From Brevinematales bacterium (GTDB taxonomy: Bacteria > Spirochaetota > Brevinematia > Brevinematales > GWF1-51-8), in contig JAGVBZ010000041.1 of assembly GCA_020059465.1 (NCBI GenBank), positions 9,112-73,111 on the forward strand: a stretch of 64,000 nt of DNA, read 5' to 3'. Under the pieces are notes generated by a model. The model worked only from the letters and a program-made list of their open reading frames with translations, ran no database searches and was not told the DNA's origin. The translations under genes were made by a program, and so were the position numbers. How positions within the stretch are numbered: position 1 is the stretch's first letter; each line of letters starts with the position of its first letter. Positions 9,825 through 18,797 of this stretch are shown piece after piece.

Positions 9825-11806
9825 AACTCGCCGAAGTCGCGGTAAATGTCCCTCTCGACCAGACCTTCTTTTACATTATCCCCGACGGAACGGAGCTCGA
9901 ACCTCTCGTCCGTGTGAAGGTGAATTTCGCAGGGCGAAATATCCCCGCGTTTGTATTAAAAATCCATGACCGCGAATCGGTCGAAGATCAGCTCAAGGAC
10001 ATCAAACTGAAGGAAATAATCAAGGTTATCGATAAGACCCCCGTACTGACCGATACGCTCCTGAAAACGGCGGAATGGATGAGCGAACAGTATCTTTCTC
10101 CGTTGGGCGAGACCCTGTTCTGTATCTCGCCGCCCGCGCGCCGTCCGTCCCCGCACCGTCACCCGTTCGAGTATAAAAACAGTTTCTCCACACTCGCGCC
10201 CGAACAGCATGCGGCGTACGAAGCCATCCTTCCCGCAATCGGTAAACCGGAGACGTTCCTGATACACGGCATCACGGGATCGGGGAAGACCGAGGTCTAT
10301 AAGCACCTTGCGCGGGAAGCCCTCGCGATGGGAAAGTCGGTCATCATCCTGATACCCGAAATCTCCCTGACCTCGCAGACCCTTCGACGGTTCTACGAGA
10401 GCTTCGGGAACGAGGTGGCGATCTATCACAGCCGGCTTTCCGACGGCGAGCGCCTGTCCGAATGGAACCGGATCCTGAACGGGCAAGCCCGCGCCGTAAT
10501 CGGGCCGCGTTCCGCTATATTCGCCCCCGTGAAAGATTTAGGACTTATCATCGTCGACGAGGAACACGAGACGTCGTATAAATCCGGCACCTCCCCGCGT
10601 TATCATGCGCGGCAGGTCGCCCTGTTCCGGTCGAAGCTCGAAAGCGCGGCGGTCGTGCTCGGCTCGGCCACACCCCAGCTCGAAACTTATTACCACACCC
10701 TGCATGGAACAATCAGGCTGATAGAACTTAAGTCGCGGTACGGCAAGGCGGCAGTCCCGTCGGTACAAATCCTCGACATGAAACAGGAGCAGATGGGCAA
10801 TTCGCTTATCTCGTCCGTACTGATGACAAAAATCCTCGAGACGTTCGACAAGGGCAGGCAGGCCCTGATCTTCCTGAACAGACGCGGATTCTCCCCATCG
10901 CTCATCTGCGAGGACTGCGGTTTCCGCTTCGAATGCCCGTCGTGCGACGTGAGCCTGACATTCCATAGATCGCAGCACAAGCTGGTTTGCCACCATTGCG
11001 GATATATGTCGACACCGCCGGATAAATGCCCGTCATGTCAGGGTATCCGGCTGAAATCGATCGGGATAGGCACCGAGAAGATCGAGGATGCGTTCATGGA
11101 GCTTTTCCCCGGCCGCGAGGTGGTCAGGATGGATCTCGACACCACCCGGACAAAACACGGCATCGACGAGATACTGGATAAGATACGCGACCGTCACGCC
11201 GACCTGATTGTCGGAACGCAGATGGTAGCAAAGGGACACGATCTGCCGGGAATTCATCTGGTCGGAGCGCTCCTTCCCGATATCACGCTCAGCCTCCCGG
11301 ATTTCCGCGCCCCGGAGCGGAACTTTGTCCTGCTGACACAGGTCGTCGGACGCGCGGGCAGACGGGATATTCCCGGCGAGGCGGTCATACAGACATATAT
11401 GCCCGATCATTATTCCATCGCCGCAGCCGCGAAGCAGGATTATAAAATGTTTTACAGCAGTGAAATAGAGAAGCGCGAGCTTTTCGGTTATCCCCCGTTC
11501 ACACGTATCGCCCGGCTGGTCATTCGCGGAAAGGATCGGAATAAACTCGACGCTTTTATCTCTCTTCTGACCGGATTTATCGAACAGTTGAGGAAGGATG
11601 TTCCGCCGGGAGTGCGTATCCTTGGCCCGGTCTCCTGTCCCCTTGAAAAGTTGAATAATCAGTACAGGTATCATATAATTATTAAATCGGGAAAGTTCCA
11701 GCAGATGAAGAACATTGCACAGAAGGTCCGCCAGTATTTTCAGGGATGTAAAGCGGCTTCTTCCATATTTCTGGAAATCGATATTGATCCGGTCAGTATG
11801 CTCTGA
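9821..11806 (+). CDS. priA: primosomal replication restart helicase PriA
   Basis: Walker A GITGSGKT, DEEH box, Cys-rich zinc region CEDCG...CPSCD...CHHCG...CPSC. ATGA overlap with the upstream gene. Confidence 0.95.
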   Translation: MKLAEVAVNVPLDQTFFYIIPDGTELEPLVRVKVNFAGRNIPAFVLKIHDRESVEDQLKDIKLKEIIKVIDKTPVLTDTLLKTAEWMSEQYLSPLGETLFCISPPARRPSPHRHPFEYKNSFSTLAPEQHAAYEAILPAIGKPETFLIHGITGSGKTEVYKHLAREALAMGKSVIILIPEISLTSQTLRRFYESFGNEVAIYHSRLSDGERLSEWNRILNGQARAVIGPRSAIFAPVKDLGLIIVDEEHETSYKSGTSPRYHARQVALFRSKLESAAVVLGSATPQLETYYHTLHGTIRLIELKSRYGKAAVPSVQILDMKQEQMGNSLISSVLMTKILETFDKGRQALIFLNRRGFSPSLICEDCGFRFECPSCDVSLTFHRSQHKLVCHHCGYMSTPPDKCPSCQGIRLKSIGIGTEKIEDAFMELFPGREVVRMDLDTTRTKHGIDEILDKIRDRHADLIVGTQMVAKGHDLPGIHLVGALLPDITLSLPDFRAPERNFVLLTQVVGRAGRRDIPGEAVIQTYMPDHYSIAAAAKQDYKMFYSSEIEKRELFGYPPFTRIARLVIRGKDRNKLDAFISLLTGFIEQLRKDVPPGVRILGPVSCPLEKLNNQYRYHIIIKSGKFQQMKNIAQKVRQYFQGCKAASSIFLEIDIDPVSML

Positions 11807-11816
11807 TGGAGATGTC

Positions 11817-13637
11817 ATGCAGGAATTATCATCTAAAGTTAAATCACGTCTATATATTCTAAGCGGAATTATCTACGGCCTCATCGGAATTATGTTTATC
11901 CGTCTTTTTTATCTTCAGATGATCCGCGGCGAGGAATACTATAAACAGTCTTTCAATAACAAGACCCAGATTATTAAAATTCCCGCCTACCGGAGCGTGA
12001 TCTACGACCGTACCAAAGAAAACAAACTCGCGTACAATCGCAAATCGCTCTGCATAGTCGTCATCCCCGCTAACTTGCCGGAAGACCCGTTCGAGCAGGA
12101 GACCGTGCTTTCCAACACATCGCTTCTGCTGAATATGAAGATCGATGAGATCAAACTGAAAATCACGGAACAGGCTTTCGATAAATATACCCCTGTCGTG
12201 TTAAAGTACGATATCGACCCTGAAATACTTGTCAGGTTCGCAGAGCATATCGAAAAGTATCCCGGACTGCTATGGGAAAACCGTCCCCGACGGGTTTATC
12301 CGCTCATGGAAAAAGCCTCCCAACTCATCGGATACACTGGGATTATCAGCAAACAGGAACTCGCGCTGCTGAAAGGAAAACCGGAGTACCATTACGGAAG
12401 CGTACTCGGGAAGATGGGCATCGAATCCCAGTACGATTTCGATATACGCGGAAAAGAAGGGATTCTCGAACGTGTGGTGGACGCGAAGGGAAATGTAATC
12501 GAGCAGACCGTGCAGAAAGAGCCTGCCGCAGGAAACCCGCTCGTACTGTCTATCCATAAAGACCTGCAGGAACTGGGTTATCAGCTTTTTGCCGGACGAA
12601 AGGGCGCGATTGTCGCCACCATCCCGTCTACCGGAGAAGTACTCGTACTCGTCAGTTCCCCCGGGTTCGACCCGAACCTGTTTACTGAGCGTTTTTCGGA
12701 AAATGAATTTTTTATCCTAAAAAACAACCCGGATAAACCGTTTATGAACAGGGCCATCGGGGGAACATACCCGCCCAGCTCGATTTTCAAGCTGATTACT
12801 GCGTCAGCCGGACTTTCGCAGGGAGTTCCGATAGCGAAAACAGTCAAGTGCACCGGGCAAGTCAGGATAGGCAACAGGTTCTTCAAATGCTGGAATGTCC
12901 ATGGAACCGTTAATATGATCTCGGGAATTGCACTTTCCTGCGATTCATACTTTTATAATATCGGCCTTCAAATCGGCCGGGATGTTATTCTGGAATATGC
13001 GCACTCATACGGTATGGATCAGAAGACGAAAATAGACCTGCCGGCCGAAACTTACGGGTTGATCCCGGAAATGGAATGGTTCGTGAAGCGTTATAAACGC
13101 CCGTGGTCGCAGGGTGATACTGCTAATATATCGATCGGACAGGGCGACTTGCTTGCAACCCCTATCGAGATCAATGTTCTTACTATGTCGATTGTCAATA
13201 AGGGATTGGTCTACCAGCCGTTTCTGTTGAAGGAGATTCTTTCATATGATAAGAAGGATGTGCTTTGGACAAAACAACCGGTCATCCTGCGGAAGGTGAA
13301 TCTGAACCCGAAATTTTTCGATATTCTCCATAAGGCAATGCGCGAAGTGTGCGTAACCGGCACGGCGGCATGGGTACAGAACAGTGTTGTACCGAATATC
13401 CCGATCGCGGGTAAAACAGGTACGGGGCAGGCCGGAGGTACGAAGGAAGACCACGCCTTATTCACCTGTTTTGCGCCGTACGGGCATAACAATCTCGACG
13501 AGATGATCTGCGTCACTGTGGTGGTCGAACACGGGGGCGGCGGTTCCAGCGCGGCGGCGCCGATCGCGGCACAGATTATCGACTACTATTATAAAAACAT
13601 TATGAAGATTGATTTGTCTAAAAAGGATATACCCTAA
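11817..13637 (+). CDS. mrdA: penicillin-binding protein 2 (elongasome transpeptidase)
   Basis: N-terminal TM segment, SxxK (PSSIFK), SCDS (SxN-like) and KTGTG motifs. Start set at the ATG at 11817, just after the priA stop. Confidence 0.9.
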   Translation: MQELSSKVKSRLYILSGIIYGLIGIMFIRLFYLQMIRGEEYYKQSFNNKTQIIKIPAYRSVIYDRTKENKLAYNRKSLCIVVIPANLPEDPFEQETVLSNTSLLLNMKIDEIKLKITEQAFDKYTPVVLKYDIDPEILVRFAEHIEKYPGLLWENRPRRVYPLMEKASQLIGYTGIISKQELALLKGKPEYHYGSVLGKMGIESQYDFDIRGKEGILERVVDAKGNVIEQTVQKEPAAGNPLVLSIHKDLQELGYQLFAGRKGAIVATIPSTGEVLVLVSSPGFDPNLFTERFSENEFFILKNNPDKPFMNRAIGGTYPPSSIFKLITASAGLSQGVPIAKTVKCTGQVRIGNRFFKCWNVHGTVNMISGIALSCDSYFYNIGLQIGRDVILEYAHSYGMDQKTKIDLPAETYGLIPEMEWFVKRYKRPWSQGDTANISIGQGDLLATPIEINVLTMSIVNKGLVYQPFLLKEILSYDKKDVLWTKQPVILRKVNLNPKFFDILHKAMREVCVTGTAAWVQNSVVPNIPIAGKTGTGQAGGTKEDHALFTCFAPYGHNNLDEMICVTVVVEHGGGGSSAAAPIAAQIIDYYYKNIMKIDLSKKDIP

Positions 13638-14956
13638 TGCTGAAAGAGAACCTAAAAAACATCAACTACGGCTTCGTAATCATTCCTCTGCTTCTATCCG
13701 CAATCGGCCTGATTTTTATATACAGTTCCGGGATTTTTCCGGACGGGAGCAACTCCGGTCAATACCTGAAACAACTGATATGGATGGTAATCGGTTTAGG
13801 TTTGAGTTTCGGTATTATGACACTCGACTATTATCAGCTTGTCGAGAATGCTGAAGTTTTTTACCTGATCGGGATAATAGTTCTTATCGCGACTCTTATT
13901 CTCGGTAAAACGATCCGCGGAGCAAAGAGCTGGTTTGGCGTAGCGGGTATGGGAATACAACCCTCGGAAATCATGAAACTTTTTTTCATTCTCCTGCTTG
14001 CGAAATTCTTTTCGAATGCCTCGCCCACCGAAAATAAGATCCGCACTTTCGTCATCAGTCTGATTATGCTGGGAATCCCTCTCGGCCTTATCCTTCTCCA
14101 ACCCGACTTGGGGACATCTTTGGTATTTGTAGGAATTTATATCATCATGAGTTTCCTCGGCATGCCCGACGGACGTTATGTCAAGTATATTCTGTTTACC
14201 GGGCTGGTAACCGCTGTGTTAGTGCTCGGAAACGCATATTATAAGTTTTACTTCCTTGAGATGTTCCAGACGCGCATTGAATTTTTCGATATTTTCTTTA
14301 ACTTTAATACGATGCTGATAATCGCGGTTTCAATGTTTCTTTATACACTGGTAGCAGTAATTCTGGAATTTTTCAATCCGGTGGAGATTATCCGTAAGAT
14401 TCTGCCCTTTACGATTATCGCGGGTATCGGATTCGGGGTGGCCGCTCTCTCGACGATGGTGCTGAAACCCTACCAGTGGAAACGTCTGCTGGTATTCCTG
14501 AACCCAGAATTCGACCGTTGGGGTGCGGGGTATAATATTATCCAGTCCAAGATCGCGATCGGGTCTGGAGGGTTTGCCGGAAAGGGAATTTTCCGTGGTA
14601 CGCAGAATATTCTCGGATTCCTCCCGGAAAAAAGTACGGACTTCATTTTCTCGATTATCAGTGAAGAATCGGGATTCCTCGGAGGAACATTTGTTATTGT
14701 GCTTTTCTGTATTTATTTTTACCTCATCATACGTAATATTGCAAACGCTCATGATAAAGAAGGCATGCTGATTTCAGCGGGAATTCTAGGGATGTTCTTT
14801 ATCCATTTCATTATCAATATCGGTATGACGCTCGGTACAGCCCCGGTAACCGGATTACCCCTGCCTTTCGTAAGCTACGGAGGCTCGTCTTATCTGACGT
14901 TTATTCTCGCGGCGGCGCTGCTCTCAAATATCTACTCCCGCCGGTTCGTGCATTAA
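13637..14956 (+). CDS. rodA: rod shape-determining protein RodA (SEDS family)
   Basis: Polytopic protein in the FtsW/RodA/SpoVE family (QPSE..K, LPEKSTDFIFS, GLPLPFVSYGGSS). Immediately follows mrdA. Confidence 0.9.
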   Translation: MLKENLKNINYGFVIIPLLLSAIGLIFIYSSGIFPDGSNSGQYLKQLIWMVIGLGLSFGIMTLDYYQLVENAEVFYLIGIIVLIATLILGKTIRGAKSWFGVAGMGIQPSEIMKLFFILLLAKFFSNASPTENKIRTFVISLIMLGIPLGLILLQPDLGTSLVFVGIYIIMSFLGMPDGRYVKYILFTGLVTAVLVLGNAYYKFYFLEMFQTRIEFFDIFFNFNTMLIIAVSMFLYTLVAVILEFFNPVEIIRKILPFTIIAGIGFGVAALSTMVLKPYQWKRLLVFLNPEFDRWGAGYNIIQSKIAIGSGGFAGKGIFRGTQNILGFLPEKSTDFIFSIISEESGFLGGTFVIVLFCIYFYLIIRNIANAHDKEGMLISAGILGMFFIHFIINIGMTLGTAPVTGLPLPFVSYGGSSYLTFILAAALLSNIYSRRFVH

Positions 14957-15015
14957 TGCTATAAAACCCTTGCCCGATTCTTATTTCTCTCTTATACTGA
15001 AGCCGGAGGTAAAGC

Positions 15016-15465
15016 ATGAAAAAAATCACGTTTATTCTCCTCGGTCTTATCATATCTTCTCTTTCGGGATGGTGTCAGATGGAAAACCAGAATATCGGAA
15101 AATATAAACTGAAATGCGGATACCTCACCCGCTGGGGCACGGATTACATCACTATCGATAAGATTGACGGAAAAACCGTCTCCGGAAAAATAGGAATCGA
15201 TTGGTCGATCGGTCCGGAGGCGCGGATGCCGATGGATTGGGAGATTTTTTATGAGTTGAACTATTCCGGAAAAACGATTGATAATGGAAACGGATTTCAG
15301 TTCGATGTTACGGTCGCTCAGCGTTTGACCTACCGGTTTACATTTTACTTTTTATGGCTCGATAAACCCGTACTCACCGGTTTTCTAAAGCTCAAACCAG
15401 TGAAAAAAGAGTACGGCCCATCGATGGCAACCGGCGCATTCGCGGAAAAGATCCTCCCCGAATGA
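15016..15465 (+). CDS. secreted hypothetical protein
   Basis: N-terminal signal peptide MKKITFILLGLIISSLSGWCQ and a GGAGG RBS. No family recognised. Confidence 0.5.
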   Translation: MKKITFILLGLIISSLSGWCQMENQNIGKYKLKCGYLTRWGTDYITIDKIDGKTVSGKIGIDWSIGPEARMPMDWEIFYELNYSGKTIDNGNGFQFDVTVAQRLTYRFTFYFLWLDKPVLTGFLKLKPVKKEYGPSMATGAFAEKILPE

Positions 15466-15569
15466 TATGAACAGCGATCACAACAGTTTTTTTATTTACT
15501 GATAAAATATTGAAAGGGTTCATTTTTTAAGTTATAATTCTATTGTACTGGTATATTGAGGAGGGTGTA

Positions 15570-15947
15570 ATGGGTGCGCTTACGGATGCGGCCGCAAAGG
15601 GGAACGCTGAAGAAGTGCGGCGGCTGATCGGGGCTGGAAATTCGGTAAATGAAAAAACAGATTTCGGACTTACCCCGCTTCATTTTGCATGCGCTTCGGG
15701 ATATCTCGATATGATAAGAGACTTAGTTCACGCAGGGGGTGATGTCAACGCCCGCGCGGGGAACGACGCAACCCCGCTCCATGCGGTGGTCTTGAAGGGC
15801 AGCCTCGACGGTGTAAAAATCTTAGTCGAAGCAGGGGCGGATCTGAACGCGAAGGACGATCTGGGAAACACTCCGTACCAATTGGCGGTGCTTAAGGGGA
15901 ACGATGAAATCATCGCTTATCTCCGTTCCATCGGAGTCGAAAGCTGA
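15570..15947 (+). CDS. ankyrin-repeat protein
   Basis: Three or four ANK units (G.TPLH.A...G....V..L...GAD.NA). Start set at the ATG after GAGGAGGG. Confidence 0.85.
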   Translation: MGALTDAAAKGNAEEVRRLIGAGNSVNEKTDFGLTPLHFACASGYLDMIRDLVHAGGDVNARAGNDATPLHAVVLKGSLDGVKILVEAGADLNAKDDLGNTPYQLAVLKGNDEIIAYLRSIGVES

Positions 15948-15984
15948 ATATTGTATTCCGGTTCAAAACTATAGGAGGCATCAA

Positions 15985-16311
15985 ATGGCGGCAAAATTTA
16001 AGATTTTTAAAAACAAAGCGGGCCAGTATCAGTTTCATCTGAAGGCGCCGAACGGGGAGATTATTGCGGCGAGTGAGGCTTATACCAGTAAAGACGGTTG
16101 TATGAAAGGAATCGAATCGGTCAAGAAAAACGCTCCCGATGGAAAATTTGAAGTGTTCCAGGATAAAAAGGGCGAGTACCGTTTCAACCTGAAGGCAGGG
16201 AACGGCGAGATTATCGCTGTCAGCGAAGGGTATACCAGCAAAGACGGATGCAATAACGGCATCGAATCGGTAAAGAAGAACGCGCCTATCGCGGAAATCG
16301 TAGAAGAATAA
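15985..16311 (+). CDS. YegP/DUF1508 family protein (two tandem repeats)
   Basis: Two copies of F.(I/V)F..K.G.Y.F.LKA.NGEIIA.SE.YTSKDGC..GIESVKKNAP. Start set at the ATG after AGGAGG. Confidence 0.85.
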   Translation: MAAKFKIFKNKAGQYQFHLKAPNGEIIAASEAYTSKDGCMKGIESVKKNAPDGKFEVFQDKKGEYRFNLKAGNGEIIAVSEGYTSKDGCNNGIESVKKNAPIAEIVEE

Positions 16312-16361
16312 AAAAAGCTCGAAAGGGTTTTTTGACGAACGAGGAATTCAGTTTGTTTTAT

Positions 16362-16450
16362 ATCACTGCAGGCGCAACACGGTGAAGCAGTCTGTTTTGT
16401 TCCTTAAACGGTTGTAAAACAGATTGCTTCGGCTTAGGCCTCGCAGTGAC
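16362..16450. repeat. ~90-nt imperfect palindromic intergenic element, copy 1
   Basis: The arms ...cactgcaggcgcaacacggtgaagcagtctgtttt... and ...aaaacagattgcttcggcttaggcctcgcagtgac pair with each other. It lies between convergent genes. Its reverse complement aligns along the full length with 58378-58467. Confidence 0.75.
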
Positions 16451-16489
16451 AATAGCAGTTCGTCATCAATCACGAAGAGCCTTTTTTTA

Positions 16490-16951
16490 TCAGAAAATAT
16501 TTTCAGGCGCTTTTAGCGAAAAGTAATAAAGGATTCTGTTATATATAGGGATTTCCTTTTCGGATAGTTTCTGAATTACTTTTTCATTTGCCGAACCGAT
16601 CGCATTCTTATCGCGTGAAAACAACAGCGCAGAGGAATCCTGACCGTACCTTTCCTCTCCATCAGTCTTTTTAATAATTAACGAAATCGCGGTTAACGAC
16701 GATTTGATATCGAAAAGAATGGAAATTTCACCCGAGTTATCGTTTTTTACGAATAAAAAATAAGCCTGTACAACCGGGTTTTCGCCTGTCCCTACCCGGT
16801 CGTACTTTTGCAGTTTCCATCCGCAGGTGCTTAAATCTTCCCCGAACACTTCGTCAAGACGTTCGCCGAATGCCAATATGTTTTCTCTGATACTCACATC
16901 ATTTCTCCCGTTGGTATGGTATATTGTAATAGGTTTTTGCCGATTTGCCAA
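16490..16951 (-). CDS. hypothetical protein
   Basis: ORF with a TTG start only and a weak RBS. No family recognised. Confidence 0.4.
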   Translation of the reverse strand: MANRQKPITIYHTNGRNDVSIRENILAFGERLDEVFGEDLSTCGWKLQKYDRVGTGENPVVQAYFLFVKNDNSGEISILFDIKSSLTAISLIIKKTDGEERYGQDSSALLFSRDKNAIGSANEKVIQKLSEKEIPIYNRILYYFSLKAPENIF

Positions 16952-17032
16952 ATTATCACGGAATCATTGTGCGGTATTTTCCTCTTTATTACCTCCGATT
17001 TCCTCCGATAATCATATATATGGCGGAGTCTG

Positions 17033-18049
17033 ATGAACAATAAAAAACTTGTTGGAATTCTTATATTTATCGCTGCACTGCTGGTTTTGGGGACAGGGGC
17101 TTACATCCTGATCGAGAAATGGTCGATTCCTGACGCTTTGTATATGACGGTTAACGTATTGACGACTATCGGAATCAGCGAGCCGCATTCCCTCACGCTT
17201 GGGGGGACGCTGTTTACGATAATCTTCTCCCTGATGAGTTTCTTTACTCTCGCAGGGGTTATCAGTATCCTGAGTTCCGCGATCGTGGAAAACCTTTTAT
17301 TAGGCGACAGGAGGAAAAGAAGAATGCTTAAAAAAGTTATCCGGTTAAAGAATCATATTATTGTCTGCGGCGCCGGCAATATCGGTAAATATGTGGTCAA
17401 TACCCTGCTCGAGCTGAAAAAAACGTTCGTAGTCATCGATTCCGAGGAGAAACTGATAAAAACCCTTACCGACGAGAACCCCAAAGTTAGGGAAATCCTG
17501 TCGATTGTGGGAGACGCAACTAATGAAGAAATACTCGCCCAATCCGCGGTCGAGCATGCGTACGGGCTGATTGCATGTATGCCCGAAGACTCCCAGAATC
17601 TTTTTATCGCGTTGACCGCGCGCAAATTGAATCCCGATATTCATCTTTCATGCTATATCGCCGATGAGATGAACCTGTCAAAATTCAGGCTGATCGGCGT
17701 ACAGGAACTGATACCGGGGGATTATGTGATCGGGAGACGTTTGGCTGTTTCTTTGCTCAACCGTAATATCGCGGTATTCCTCGAACAGACGAATACTATC
17801 GGGGAAAACGAGTCGTTTTTCGTGGGGGATATTGAGATCGATAAACGTTCCAAATATATCAACAGAACAATCAAAGACGCGGCGATTTATAAAAACACGG
17901 GTCTTTTAATCTTCGCGATTAAAAAATGGAATACCGAACATTTCACGTTCAACCCGAATCCCGATGTGCCGCTTCAGGCGGGAGATACCCTGATTACATT
18001 CGGCTCACAGAAGGATGTGGAGCGGCTCGGGCGGTATATCAATAATTGA
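17033..18049 (+). CDS. two-TM cation channel with RCK (TrkA-N plus TrkA-C-like) domains and a non-canonical pore
   Basis: Pore loop LTTIGISEP in place of TVGYGD. Rossmann motif IIVCGAGNIGKYV. C-terminal TrkA-C-like segment (LQAGDTLITFG). Confidence 0.8.
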   Translation: MNNKKLVGILIFIAALLVLGTGAYILIEKWSIPDALYMTVNVLTTIGISEPHSLTLGGTLFTIIFSLMSFFTLAGVISILSSAIVENLLLGDRRKRRMLKKVIRLKNHIIVCGAGNIGKYVVNTLLELKKTFVVIDSEEKLIKTLTDENPKVREILSIVGDATNEEILAQSAVEHAYGLIACMPEDSQNLFIALTARKLNPDIHLSCYIADEMNLSKFRLIGVQELIPGDYVIGRRLAVSLLNRNIAVFLEQTNTIGENESFFVGDIEIDKRSKYINRTIKDAAIYKNTGLLIFAIKKWNTEHFTFNPNPDVPLQAGDTLITFGSQKDVERLGRYINN

Positions 18050-18638
18050 TTCCCTGCTCCGAGGAGTATAGCGTCAGTAAAAAACCGATCTTCTCGACGA
18101 TAACTCTGATCGCCTGATTAATGGGGTAATGGACGTTCCCGAATTCGGCGATGAGGGGTTCGAATGTCCTGGTGTATTCTTCCATCAGCGGCGGAACAAT
18201 TCCTGAATTCTCAGCCTCCGCCATTTCATGGACAAATCTATTCTTGATCAGTCTGCAGGTTATCAGCGTATTCTCCCCGTTTTTATTTGCCGCCGCGGTA
18301 AATCCGAACAGACGGCAAATCAGGCCGCGATAGTTATAAATAGAACAAAACCCTTTTTCCGGGTCTCCGGTCTTGAATGTGTAGAATACGCATACGGAAC
18401 GTTCTGGTAAATCGTTGATCTTTGACAATACTTTCGTCGCGCCGCCGGATTCCCATAGCTTTAACGCGAGAGGGAGAAACTCCCCGGGAGATGCTTCCAC
18501 ATCAGGGTTGTTACAGCAGTGTCCGCAGCTTCTCAGGCAATCGATACCTGTTTCCATTTTATAAAAACCTATCGCCCGTTCCAGATCGGAAAAAACATTC
18601 ATGATTTCATAGCTGCGGTTTATGATCTCTTTTATCAT
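18039..18638 (-). CDS. YkgJ-family cysteine-cluster (putative Zn/Fe-binding) protein
   Basis: CLRSCGHCCNN near the N-terminus, plus later C..F / CRLF cysteines typical of the UPF0153/YkgJ family. Confidence 0.7.
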   Translation of the reverse strand: MIKEIINRSYEIMNVFSDLERAIGFYKMETGIDCLRSCGHCCNNPDVEASPGEFLPLALKLWESGGATKVLSKINDLPERSVCVFYTFKTGDPEKGFCSIYNYRGLICRLFGFTAAANKNGENTLITCRLIKNRFVHEMAEAENSGIVPPLMEEYTRTFEPLIAEFGNVHYPINQAIRVIVEKIGFLLTLYSSEQGINY

Positions 18639-18797
18639 ATGACATCCTAAAAGTTAAAAGAATAATTATATAATATTATATATTTTTGTAAAGAATTAAC
18701 GAAATATATTTCCCATTTCTATAACGTTTCTTCTTTACAAATCCTGATAAAAAAAGTAAAATTTCTATTGATTAAAAACATAAAAAAAAAGGAACTT

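Noticed and set aside
9821-14956. A G+C drop within one apparent operon, considered as a sign of mosaic origin. Single lines I counted gave about 57% in priA and about 37% in rodA.
   Set aside because: The genes are core, syntenic and translationally coupled. The AT-rich codon bias of the Ile/Phe/Leu/Lys-rich membrane protein explains much of the shift. This also means base composition alone is weak evidence for horizontal transfer in this genome. The R-M insertion call therefore rests mainly on its flanking repeats.
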